Made by a program: the position numbers and the translations under genes. The notes below the pieces were generated by a model. The model was not told the origin of the DNA, ran no database searches, and worked only from the letters and a program-made list of their open reading frames with translations. A DNA stretch of 64,000 nt, from NCBI RefSeq assembly GCF_022045235.1, contig NW_027266265.1, positions 26,970,001-27,034,000 of the forward strand. The letters run 5' to 3'. Origin of the DNA: Haliotis cracherodii. Its lineage: Eukaryota. Below, piece after piece: positions 50,648 to 61,412 of this stretch (its first letter is position 1; each line of letters opens with the position of its first letter).

Positions 50648-51457
50648 TTTCAGCAAAATGAAAAGTGCATGCTATGATTTTGAATCTATGCTATTGTAAT
50701 CATGTAAACACAATATACATATTTTTCTCTCTCATCATATTCAGTTTATCAAGCACATCAGCGGCCTTTATACAGTTGTGAAGGTTTTGTCCTAAATATA
50801 TAACCTTGAAATATTGAATTTCGGTTCTCAGGCACTGGAGTGTTTTCATGATTTAAAATCGATCTCAAAAGATAGATTTATTTACAACAGCCGTTCGTCG
50901 TCTGTAGATACAACCATATTACCATTGCAGAAGAATGGTCAAGTATTTCACCATGACAGGCCTTATTTGTATCTATTGACTTTGGGGACGGTTTTAAATG
51001 GCCAGATATCAAAGTCCCATTCCGTGCAGCTGTGACACGCTCACTTGCGGCGCAGACACGGGAAACACGGTTCCTTAATTTGGTCTCTAGTGGCACAGCA
51101 TGCGTGCGCACATTCGGACAATTGTGGAGTGCAAGATGGTTCCACGGCAAATTAATGTTCTATTGAAACACCCACGCCCAGCACAGCATGCGATCTTTTA
51201 GGTGACAGTTTGAAGTCGCATGAAGAAACGAGCAGAGTTTATTGTTTTCCCGGTGATTGTTGATTACCGGAGTGGCCATAGGGGCTCTCTATGATGAAGA
51301 GTTGACATTTACTTGGGATTGTCTCCTGCATGCATGATGACGATAATGAACCGATCGAAATGAGGAATTAGTTTTGAGATCCACCACTACACCACACCCC
51401 AACGAGCCTCAAGGTTTAGCCATGGCTGATAATGACTGTATGTTGTAACAGTTTGGT

Positions 51458-51772
51458 CTAGACTAACTTTTAGTCCCCGAAATAAAGTTTTATATCAAAT
51501 ATATTTATTTTCACACACAAAATATAAAATATCCAATTTCAGAGCCTACAACTGTTTTTATATTATTCTCTAGGGTCCAGGTAGTCTGTCATACAAACCC
51601 TGATACAAATATATCAAATACAGCCCATGCAAGTCTATAATGTTTGGCAAGTCTAGATCAGGAAAATGAAGAGAGTATCTGGGCTCCTTTTTATTATATT
51701 TTATTAAGATAATTTAACAACTGTTTTTTTTCTGTAAGATATGTTTATTTCAGGGACTAGATGTTAGTCTAG
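51458..51772. mobile_element. MITE with ~29-bp TIRs and a 3-bp TSD (GGT)
   Basis: GGT|CTAGACTAACTTTTAGTCCCCGAAATAAA ... TTTATTTCAGGGACTAGATGTTAGTCTAG|GGT. Confidence 0.7.
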
Positions 51773-54599
51773 GGTCTAGGAACAGACTAGGTTGGATGGG
51801 ATACCTCACATCAGACCAAGTCAGTGTCACGCTCCACTGCTCGAGGTTTGTTTTGTGAAGAAAATCACCATACATGGCGCCAAGTGAATTTATTCTGTTT
51901 CAACTTAGATAATTTACTTTACAGGTTTTTTTACTTACAAATGCATTTTAAGTCGAACCATATATACCCATGCACATTATTATTGACGCATATATCTTGG
52001 GGGTGACAATAATTATAAACATTTGTCTGCGCAAATAATGACTGCTTTAACTTGTGTTACGAGTTCCATCTATGCAGATGTTCCATGGTTAGTAAACAAC
52101 AGATTCCACTTTGCAAGAACCATAACTTATTAGCGCCTTTCACTATTTCCCAGAATGTTCAGCATATCTCAATGTGAGACAGCATCTATTTTTTTTCAAC
52201 ATTAAACGCAATCGAAATGAGAAACGAACGGTTGTACTTCACATATTTTTTTAACACGAACATGACGAATACATAACCTTATGTCTGATCTTGCACATAA
52301 ATCTTGCTATATGTGCACAATCATAAAGTTGTTCTGATATGTTAAGCTGCATACAACTATCAGTACCTGTTGCATTCGGCCGAGTTCTTGTTTTTATGCA
52401 TGTATCGACATGTTTGTGGATATCCTGTGGTAGAAGGACGTGTCACATTTACCCAAACTCTTTGTTCATTTCAATACAACACGCTTAAAGAAAAACGAAA
52501 TTAATTTCATTAACGTCAATTTTATCTGACGTCTCACCACGAAATGTTCAAACGATGCACGGTTTATGGGAAATTTAGTGGTATTGTCGTCAGCAACGTT
52601 GGGTGGGTTGACGCCACACAGATACCGAAGACAACCAAACCTTGCTGATGCTTTTGTTGCCTAGTAAATAGTTAATTGTTGTAGGCTGAAATTGTGTCGT
52701 TAGCTAAACAGTTGTTGTTTACTTCAGTCATTATTAAGTCATGCTATTAGGTACACAGTTATGTTTGGTGAGCATATCGACACTGTTAAGTGTTGGTAGT
52801 TGAAACATATGGGTTGTTACTTTGACAGTTGTTGTTGGTTGTGTAATGTATTCCACACAATTTATTGGCCATATGGTCCCAAATTCGCTTTGCGTATCAG
52901 AACATATGTATGCTGCCTGACGTTCAAACAACATTACACGTTCAGAAGAAAGTTTCGGTAACTTTCAAAATATACGTAACGCAGACAAACTCGACCTCTT
53001 TCTAAGTTGTCCTCTACATATGCAATTCACTTTGTCTTCTGTGTACCGCAGTAATTGCAGCACGGCTTCAAAGGGTTAGGGAATGGGCCAATTTCCTCAT
53101 GCAAAGATCCTAGTTAATTCTTAGCGGTGTCGTGAGCTCATCTATATACGTGGTTGGAACTGAGACGCGCCTAATTATACACGGGGGGTGCACGATCACA
53201 CACCAGTATCGTCATGGTCACGAGATCTCATTTCATTGTCTTCTTTACGCGAGAGTTCCAACCACCCCGAACCATTACCATAGTAACGGGTTTTAAGAGC
53301 CCTTGTGGCAACAGGAAATCGGCCGTTGCCTGTTTGTACATAGTCTATGAGTGTATGTCGCGGCCGCCCGGGGCGATATCTGATTTATCACATTCCACGT
53401 GAACGGTGCCTGTCACCCAAATCTCCCTCCGCGAACATCACGCCCAGTGCTTACCTGCCGCAGTCAAATTACCTTCGCCAATACCTTTCCGTCGTCTGCT
53501 ACTTTGATAAGCCCCGCGGCCATGTCGGCAAAGTGCTGGCGCTTCAGATATGCAAAGGAATTCACGATAATTCAGATCGTAAACGAGTAAAAACGGTAGC
53601 TACTCTGTGATAGAAGAAATAAGACAGATATGATGGGTTAACATATTTGTCAATTTTCATGTTATATGCCAACAATGTCATCATTACTACATATTACTAC
53701 TTATATGTCATATACTGAGACCAGGTTATGTATATGACTATTTGACTGTTTATATGCTAATGTCAAATCACTTATTGTTAAAATAATTTGAAGAATAACT
53801 CAATCTCGGAATCACATCATAATTACAGAATGCCCAACCTGATAATTCAAAAGCACAGTATTTAAGCTGATTAAAAGGATGTAAGCTGTTTAAATGAAAT
53901 ATCACAGGTAATTACAATGAAATTTAACTTTACATGTTACAGGTGTGTACTGCAAGGTCTATTCTCCAACATTCGTTATTGCAGTGACCAAGTTAGCATG
54001 CAGGAGTCAGTAATCGAAGCCGACCAAGAAAGATGACAATTCCAAGGTAGTTGCAGTAGTTGAGAAAGTGTCGTCTACCTGACCCCAGGTTCACCTCTGA
54101 CTGGCACGGGGCGGAGGGTGAGGAGTTAGAGGCACATTGACCTAGCCGTGTTACCTGCAGCGTCTGACTGTCACACGGGATATTAGCCACACCGCCATGG
54201 GAGACCGGGCCAGTTCCATAGTGGTCACGGGTCAACGGGCAGATACATTCCGTGTGGCTTCGAACATGTCAACTGTACGATGTGCAATTGACGGACTGAT
54301 GCAGGTGTTCTCATGTAACGACGTAGGAAGAGAAATGGTTATATTTTCTTTGGTCTACTTCAAGGGGTACAGGACAATCCAAACAGTGACCCGAAACACA
54401 CTGTTTAGAGGAATACAGATTACTTTCAAAGTACATATAGAGCTGGCGATTAATGTTAACATGTTAAGTTATACATGCACTGTCGAGCACAATATAACAT
54501 GGATGCAAATCACAATAATATTTGTCGTTTTAAGTTAACATTGTTGCCAAAATATTCTGTATCATCCCACACAAATATTTCAGTATCTATATCCGGTTT

Positions 54600-55615
54600 G
54601 TGTACAGTCGTACCCACACGCCTGTACTCCTACCCCAATGTATGTACAACCCCACCCACACGTCTGTACCCCCTACCCCAGTGTTTGTACATCCCCACCC
54701 ACACGTCTGTACCCCTTACCCCAATGTATGTACAGCCCCGACCACACGTCTGTACCTCCCTACCCCAGTGTATGTACAGCCCCACCCCAACGTCTGTACC
54801 TCCCTACCCCAGTGTATGTACAGCCCCACCCACAAATCTGTACCCCCTACCCCAATGTATGTACAGCCCCACCCACACGTCTGTACCTCCCTACCCCAAT
54901 GTATGTACAGCCCCACCCACACGTCTGTACCCCCTATCCCAGTATATGTACAGCCCCACCCACACGTCTGTACCTCCCTACCCCAATGTATGTACAGCCC
55001 CACCCACACGTCTGTACCCCCTATCCCAGTGTTTGTACAGCCCCACCCACACGTCTGTACCTCCCTACCCCAATGTATGTACAGCCCCACCCACACGTCT
55101 GTAGCCCCTACCCCAGTGTATGTACAGCCCCACCCACACGTCTGTACCCCCTATCCCAGTGTATGTACAGCCCCACCCACACGTCTGTTCCCCCCTTCAC
55201 CAGTGTATGTACAGCCACACCCGCACGTGTGTACCCCTATCCCAGTGTATGTACAGCCCCACCCACACGTCTGTACCCCTTCACCAGTGTATGTACAGCC
55301 ACACCCGCACGTGTGTACCCCTATCCCAGTGTATGTACAGCCCCACCCACACGTCTGTACCTCCCTACCCCAGTGTATGTACAACCCCACCCACACGTCT
55401 GTACCCCTACCCCAGTGTATGTACAGCCACACCCACACGTCTGTTCCCCTACCCCAGTGTATGTACAGCCCCACCCACACGTCTGTACCCCCTACCCCAG
55501 TGTATGTACAGCTCCACCCGCACGTCTGTACCCCCTACCCCAGTGTATGTACAGCCCCACCCACACGTCTGTACCCCCTACCCCAGTTATGTAAAGCCCA
55601 ACCCACACCTGTCCC
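54600..55615 (+). repeat. C-rich minisatellite, 42-44-bp unit, ~23 copies
   Basis: TGTACAGCCCCACCCACACGTCTGTACC(T)CCCTACCCCAGTGTA. Confidence 0.95.
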
Positions 55616-57434
55616 TATACTCGCGGTTTGTGCGTGTACAATATCATGTCTCCACTCCAATCTACGTATATTCAGAACCCGGCTGGATTCTCAGTCCCTA
55701 CCCCCGGGGTATTCCACACACGTCACAGTCCATGTCCTTACCCCACACAATCCCATATATAACCAATACGTCTCATATATTTACAGAGGACTAATATTCG
55801 GCATAATTGTACGTGTACAGGAACGTGGTCATCAGGCTGTCCACAGCGTGGATCTGCTCCTACACCTGGAACACCAGCGTTCTAGGATACCCTGCAAACC
55901 TGCACTGGATCGGCCCTCCTGGAGTACGCTTCAAGTGCCGCTAATTGTCCGACAAGCCCATAATACCGATTACGCCATTTCAAGTATATGTATTCTAGTT
56001 GTTAGTTCCAGCAATGGCAAGGAAACGCCCGCGTAAGATCACGTCATGAGCGTTATCGTGAACTGGACTGTGGTGTTCTATAGCTGAGGAACATGTTGCA
56101 TAATTCCAAGAACACGGCAATCTGTTTCCGACACTTGCAAGTTTATGTATAGCTATATCATAGGAATGTTCGGGGAGTTCAAGAGAGAAATAAACTCAGA
56201 GCTAGCGAACCGTGTTGAGCTGAGTTTGTAATAGAATCCTACTCCATATAACTGTCTCAACGTTGGAGTTAATCATCAAAAATGATAATAAAAAAACTAT
56301 AGAGAAGAACACCATTCACCAGCCACATTTCTAGGCTACATGTTGTAAACTAGAAAACGATGATGGTTGTTTTACAATAGGCTGGCCTGGATTGACCAAA
56401 CTGAATGAGGAACAAGGTCGAGCGAGGCAGGCCCAGAATGGGGTCGCCGCACGCTACACTTAGTGCTTTAAGCCCTGACGGCCATTCTGCGTATAATCTT
56501 TACAAATAATCACACATGCTACTGGTGTCGACGTTAGGGGTTTGGTCCTGCTAACGGAAATTGGCTCTCTTGGGCTAACCCAGAAACCAGAGAAGTTTTG
56601 CCAGACGAAAAGGAATTAACCGTATTTGTGTAGGCTAATTTCCAGTCCATTCCACACCTCTACCTATGAAACGCTGTCAACTTTTACTAAGTTGCAGCAA
56701 TTTGTTTAGATGAAGGTGATAAGTGCCCGTATCGATCTGTGCCAGTACAGTTGTCAACACTGCTTGTTACACACCACTGTTGCCACGTCTTCCTTACTAT
56801 TACATAAATATCCCCCGGGTACAAGTGTAGTATATTGCACCTCATCCTGGCATGGGCTCCTTAACAATAAAGTGTCCATTGCTGCATGGAATGGACCATA
56901 ATTGATTTTCCCCACATGGGGTAACACGTTGACCTGACAACGTGGTCCTTGCATCCCCGAAAATAGCTCCAGAGAGCGCCATAAATATTGACCATTGTGT
57001 TCACGCCTGGCTGGTTTCTACCCTGAACATAAGTCTAGAAAGGGGCCTGGGGCTCGGCACCGCCACGCCTCAGTGGGCAAAGACAAAGACAGGTGACCGA
57101 GACGTATACCGTTAGGCCGGGGTATAAGTGAGGTCATCAACCATATCATCGTTTACCGAGTCCATATTTACACAATATTTGTGAAGCTATTCAGTATGAA
57201 CACAATAGAAGAGTGAAGACATGAGACATATGAAAGTTTGAAATCTTCGGGGAGGAAGGAATATTTGTAAATTCATAAATTTTCCTTAAGAATTTCTTCA
57301 AATTGAGCGCATTACATCCAGACTCAAAATGACAATCCAGGTGTGTGTAAAAGACAGCTTGGCTGGGGTCACATTAGGGATATATTACAGTAATAATGAT
57401 ACACACTTCAGGGATCGAGTATCCACGTTCACGG

Positions 57435-57545
57435 AGCGATGCTGGTATAGTCTAGTGGTTTACGCGTTTGCTCGTCACCTAGGTTCTATTCCCAATAAGG
57501 TAACGCAGTTGTGTGAAACCATCCTGTACCCCCTGCCATAAATAT
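57435..57545 (+). mobile_element. Highly degenerate tRNA-derived SINE
   Basis: TAGTCTAGTGGTTTACGCGTTTGCTCGTCAC...GTGTGAAACC resembles the 6548 SINE head and body. Confidence 0.55.
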
Positions 57546-57716
57546 TTCTTGACGATTACTAAGTTCCAAGTTGATTTTCAGTATTTGTTGAACTTGAGTG
57601 AAAGAACAATGTGCAGATATATAGTTCTTCGAACAAGAATTTCCAGCAGATGGGTTTGGTTAAAGGTGTCTCTCTGTTAAGTATTTCTGTTATAGGGACG
57701 TTTAATTTAGTTACAC

Positions 57717-57748
57717 CAGAGACCATATAATCTATTATATGGTCTCTG
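57717..57748. mobile_element. 32-bp palindrome between 7-bp direct repeats (TIR-only remnant or excision footprint)
   Basis: GTTACAC|CAGAGACCATATAAT-CT-ATTATATGGTCTCTG|GTTACAC. Confidence 0.75.
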
Positions 57749-57774
57749 GTTACACCACTAATATGCAGCTAATG

Positions 57775-58020
57775 CCCCGTGAAGATCCGGAGTAGAATAG
57801 GTCTTCAGCAACCCATGATTGCCGTTAAAGACGACTATAGGAATCAAGTGGTCAAGCTCGCTGAATTGGTTGATGTACGTCATCGTATCCTAATTGCGCG
57901 GATCGATGCTCATGGGATCAATCACTGGGTTGTTTGGTCCAGACTTGATTATTTACAGGCCGCCGCCATGTAGCTGGAATATTGCTGGGTTTGGCGTTAA
58001 GCAACAAACAAACAAACAAA
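57775..58020 (+). mobile_element. Third SINE-like family: related 3' module with an (AAAC)n tail
   Basis: ...CCGCCGCCATGTAGCTGGAATATTGCTGGGTTTGGCGTTAAGCAACAAACAAACAAACAAA. Confidence 0.75.
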
Positions 58021-59085
58021 TATAACAATTTGATGTGGGTGGAAGCCCTAAATGACCACTTTGGTTCAACCTCCGACCACGGGTATTGTCATATCTGTTT
58101 GGAAATATTATCGAACCATTATGCTAATCAGCCTTAATACACACATGTAATTACCGTACCCCATTAAACGACCCACTTGGCTCCTTAAAGTCTCACAGAA
58201 AATTCTAATTCTGCACGTGCTAATGTATTCCAAGATAAAAATATTCCAAGGTGACGTCACCAACATGTCAAACTTGATTATGCTGGTACCAGCATCCCCT
58301 TACATAACATCTTGCTCTCCAAGACAAGTGAATCCCTCGCACCAGTTCCATAAGTGTCGTTTATTATTGTTCATGTCGGCTCCAATTACATGTTAATTAA
58401 GGCCAATACTGATAACTCTCCTTAATGCCCCCCTGGGTGGCAATATCAAACATATCACGTGTCACGCTTCGTTATTTGAGAGGCAATAAAACTTGTGGGA
58501 TGACTTTGGACACTTGGGTTAATTTTATTTGTTAATTAGATGGCTTTTGATTTTTATACAGGTTGTTTTTTTTAGTATTGAATTAGATGAACAATGTTAA
58601 GGCGCACAGTTCATGGATTCAGTATGGTTAATGGATTCTTTATTGTTGATTTTATTTGTCGTGTGCGATATTCTAAAATATTTCTTGTTGTTTTTTGTGT
58701 TGATCAGTAGTTTTTGTATGCAGTTAAAAGAAATGAATGCATATCCTCTTTAGTCTTTACTTCTAGTGTTTCTCGTATTAAATATATCTTTTAAATGGTA
58801 AAAGTGTTTCCATGTTCACAAGTATAGCCTTGTCATGAACATACATATCTGTTTATCAGTGAGTGTTGTTTACACAGGACAGGGTACTTTAGAAGATGTC
58901 ATAACTTACGACCAGACCTGATTCTTTGTAACTATGTTTCAGATGGAAGTTTTGGTAATTCCAGTACAAGATATAACGTAGCTAACCGTTTGTTTTAAAA
59001 TGTAAATACGGAATATTACTGCAAATTCATGCAGACCGGAAGAACTTCATCGCAAAATACGTTCTCATCCAGAGCCTATATAATG

Positions 59086-59848
59086 TGTGACTCGGCTGGT
59101 TGTTTGTCTTAATGTTAGAGCCGAGTAATGTGGATGTGAAGGTTGCAATATGTGACCTGGCTGATTGTTTGTCTTAATGTTAGAGCCAAGTAATGTGGAT
59201 GTGAAGGTTGCAATGTGTGACTCGGCTGGTTGTTTGTCTTATTGTTAGAGCCAAGTAATGTGGATGTGAAGGTTGCAATATGTGACCCGGTTGGTTGTTT
59301 GTCTTAATGTTAGAGCCAAGTAATGTGGATGTGAAGGTTGCAATATGTGACTCGGCTGGTTGTTTGTCTTAATGTTAGAGCCAAGTAATGTGGATGTGAA
59401 GGTTGCAATATGTGACTCGGTTGGTTGTGTGTCTTATTGTTAGAGCCAAGTAATGTGGATGTGAAGGTTGCAATATGTGACTCGGCTGGTTGTGTGTCTT
59501 AATGTTAGAGCCAAGTAATGTGGATGTGAAGGTTGCAATATGTGACCCGGTTGGTTGAGTGTCTTATTGTTAGAGCCAAGTAATGTGGATGTGAAGGTTG
59601 CAATGTGTGACCCGGTTGGTTGAGTGTCTTATTGTTAGAGCCGAGTAATGTGGATGTGAAGGTTGCAATGTGTGACCCGGTTGGTTGAGTGTCTTATTGT
59701 TAGAGCCAAGTAATGTGGATGTGAAGGTTGCAATGTGTGACCCGGTTGGTTGAGTGTCTTATTGTTAGAGCCGAGTAATGTGGATGTGAAGGTTGCAATG
59801 TGTGACCTGGCTGATTGTGTGTCTTATTGTTAGCGCCAAGTAATGAGG
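59086..59848 (+). repeat. Minisatellite, 65-bp unit, ~12 copies
   Basis: TGTGACTCGGCTGGTTGTTTGTCTTAATGTTAGAGCCAAGTAATGTGGATGTGAAGGTTGCAATA. Confidence 0.95.
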
Positions 59849-60446
59849 ATCGGTTGTCATCGTAACCCGATGGCTTGACTCGTTAATCATTTTACCCCAG
59901 TTGGTTTTACTCGCTAAGATCAGAGTATTTACAGGGAGGTACGAGCTGGGCAATTGCTAACTGCGGCTATAAACAACATTCAAAGAATCCCATGCAAGGA
60001 AACACTTGTTCCGCTCTTATAGAAACAGAAATTATATAGCATGTGCATAAAGGTAACGCAAGACACAACGTGGCTACCCAATGGTGGGTAACATGTTGGT
60101 TTCAATTGTAACCTTATGAATTTAATCTTGAGGTCATAAAGAGAGTAATGGAGAAAGACTTGGAGACTAACGGAAACTTACTGTAGTATGTCGAATTCTG
60201 TTTGTCAAAGGTTATTTCATAAACGAGCAAGACATACAATTGAAGCTCCATGCAAAAAGCCACCAACACAAATTTCAAACGCAATGGTCTTACCATCGGT
60301 TGCTTCCAATACCAAAACCTGCAGATCATACAGCACAGAAAGCTCCTTACATATAAGGGAAAAGGCAACATTAAAGGACCAGTTCAAAAATTTGATGTAG
60401 GATGAAAACTTAAATTTGACATTGAGACGTAAAGTTAATTACTGAT

Positions 60447-60511
60447 TCCCCTGCCATGATATTGCTGGAATATTGCAAAACGCGGAGTAAAACAATACTC
60501 ACTTCTCACTC
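60447..60511 (+). mobile_element. 5'-truncated SINE tail
   Basis: CCATGATATTGCTGGAATATTGCAAAACGCGGAGTAAAACAATACTCAC. Confidence 0.75.
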
Positions 60512-60869
60512 AAAAGCAGACACTATTAAGATGTCATATGACAAAACTGTACGAAATCAGTTACCACAGGCAGACACACAACTGTGGGTAAGTTCTCTAT
60601 ACAGATTCACGAGAGAAATATAATCATTTGAATGGTACATAGATTATATCGTACTTCAAAGCACAATATACAAAATCTTAGAAAGCAGTGCGGGGGTCAT
60701 TCTTGGATGGTCGCGGTACAACAAAGTCAACAAGAGTTTGCCACTAACGTGGCTATATTCCCCACCCCTGTTGCAGAATTTATGACATAATTAAATCTAA
60801 ACAAACCCGAACCTTTTTTAACCGAGGTGGAACTTATCATGGAAATTGTAAAAAAAAGAGAAGAGTTTG

Positions 60870-61412
60870 GAACCTAAGTCCATCTTGTTGCCATGGAAAC
60901 GTAAAAAATAAAAATTTCTAAAATTTCTAAATAGCAAAAGGCACCAGTTCAGCATGTATCTCACAGACCTGCAAAGTTTGATGAAAAAATATTGAACGGT
61001 TTATGAGTTATGCTCCGGAAACGAACCCTACCCTCACAGAACCTAAGTCCATCTTGTTGCCATGGAAACGTAAAAAATAAAAATTTCTAAAATTTCTAAA
61101 TAGCAAAAGGCATCAGTTCAGCATGTACCTGACAGACCTGCAAAGTTTGATGAAAAAATATTGAATGGTTTATGAGTTATGCTCCGGAAACGAACCCTAC
61201 CCTCACAGAACCTAAGTCCATCTTGTTGCCATGGAAACGTAAAAAAAAAAATTCTAAAATTTCAAAATAGCAAAAGGCACCAGTTCAGCATGTACCTGAC
61301 AGACCTGCAAAGTTTGATTGGGGTATGGGTTATGCTCCGGAAACGAAACGTGACGGAGGGACGGAGCCCGTTTCTATATCCCCCGCCAACTTTGTTGGGT
61401 GGGGGATAATAA
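60870..61412 (-). mobile_element. Helentron-associated (HINE/DINE-1/pearl-like) element carrying ~3 x 169-bp core repeats
   Basis: GAACCTAAGTCCATC recurs at 60870, 61039 and 61208. It is followed by GACGGAGGGACGGA and a terminal TATATCCCCCGCCAAC..GTTGG..GGGGGATAATAA stem-loop. Confidence 0.7.

Noticed and set aside
54155-54198. Minus-strand ATG...CAG|GTAACA candidate first coding exon (MAVWLISRVTVRRC)
   Set aside because: No compatible downstream exons or recognisable homology found in the window.
54475-56036. Pro-rich ORFs up to 478 aa
   Set aside because: Products of the 42-44-bp C-rich array, with the same peptides cycling through frames.
8917-59848. Regular repeat arrays as CRISPR loci
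   Set aside because: Units are contiguous with no unique spacers, there are no cas genes, and the context is eukaryotic.
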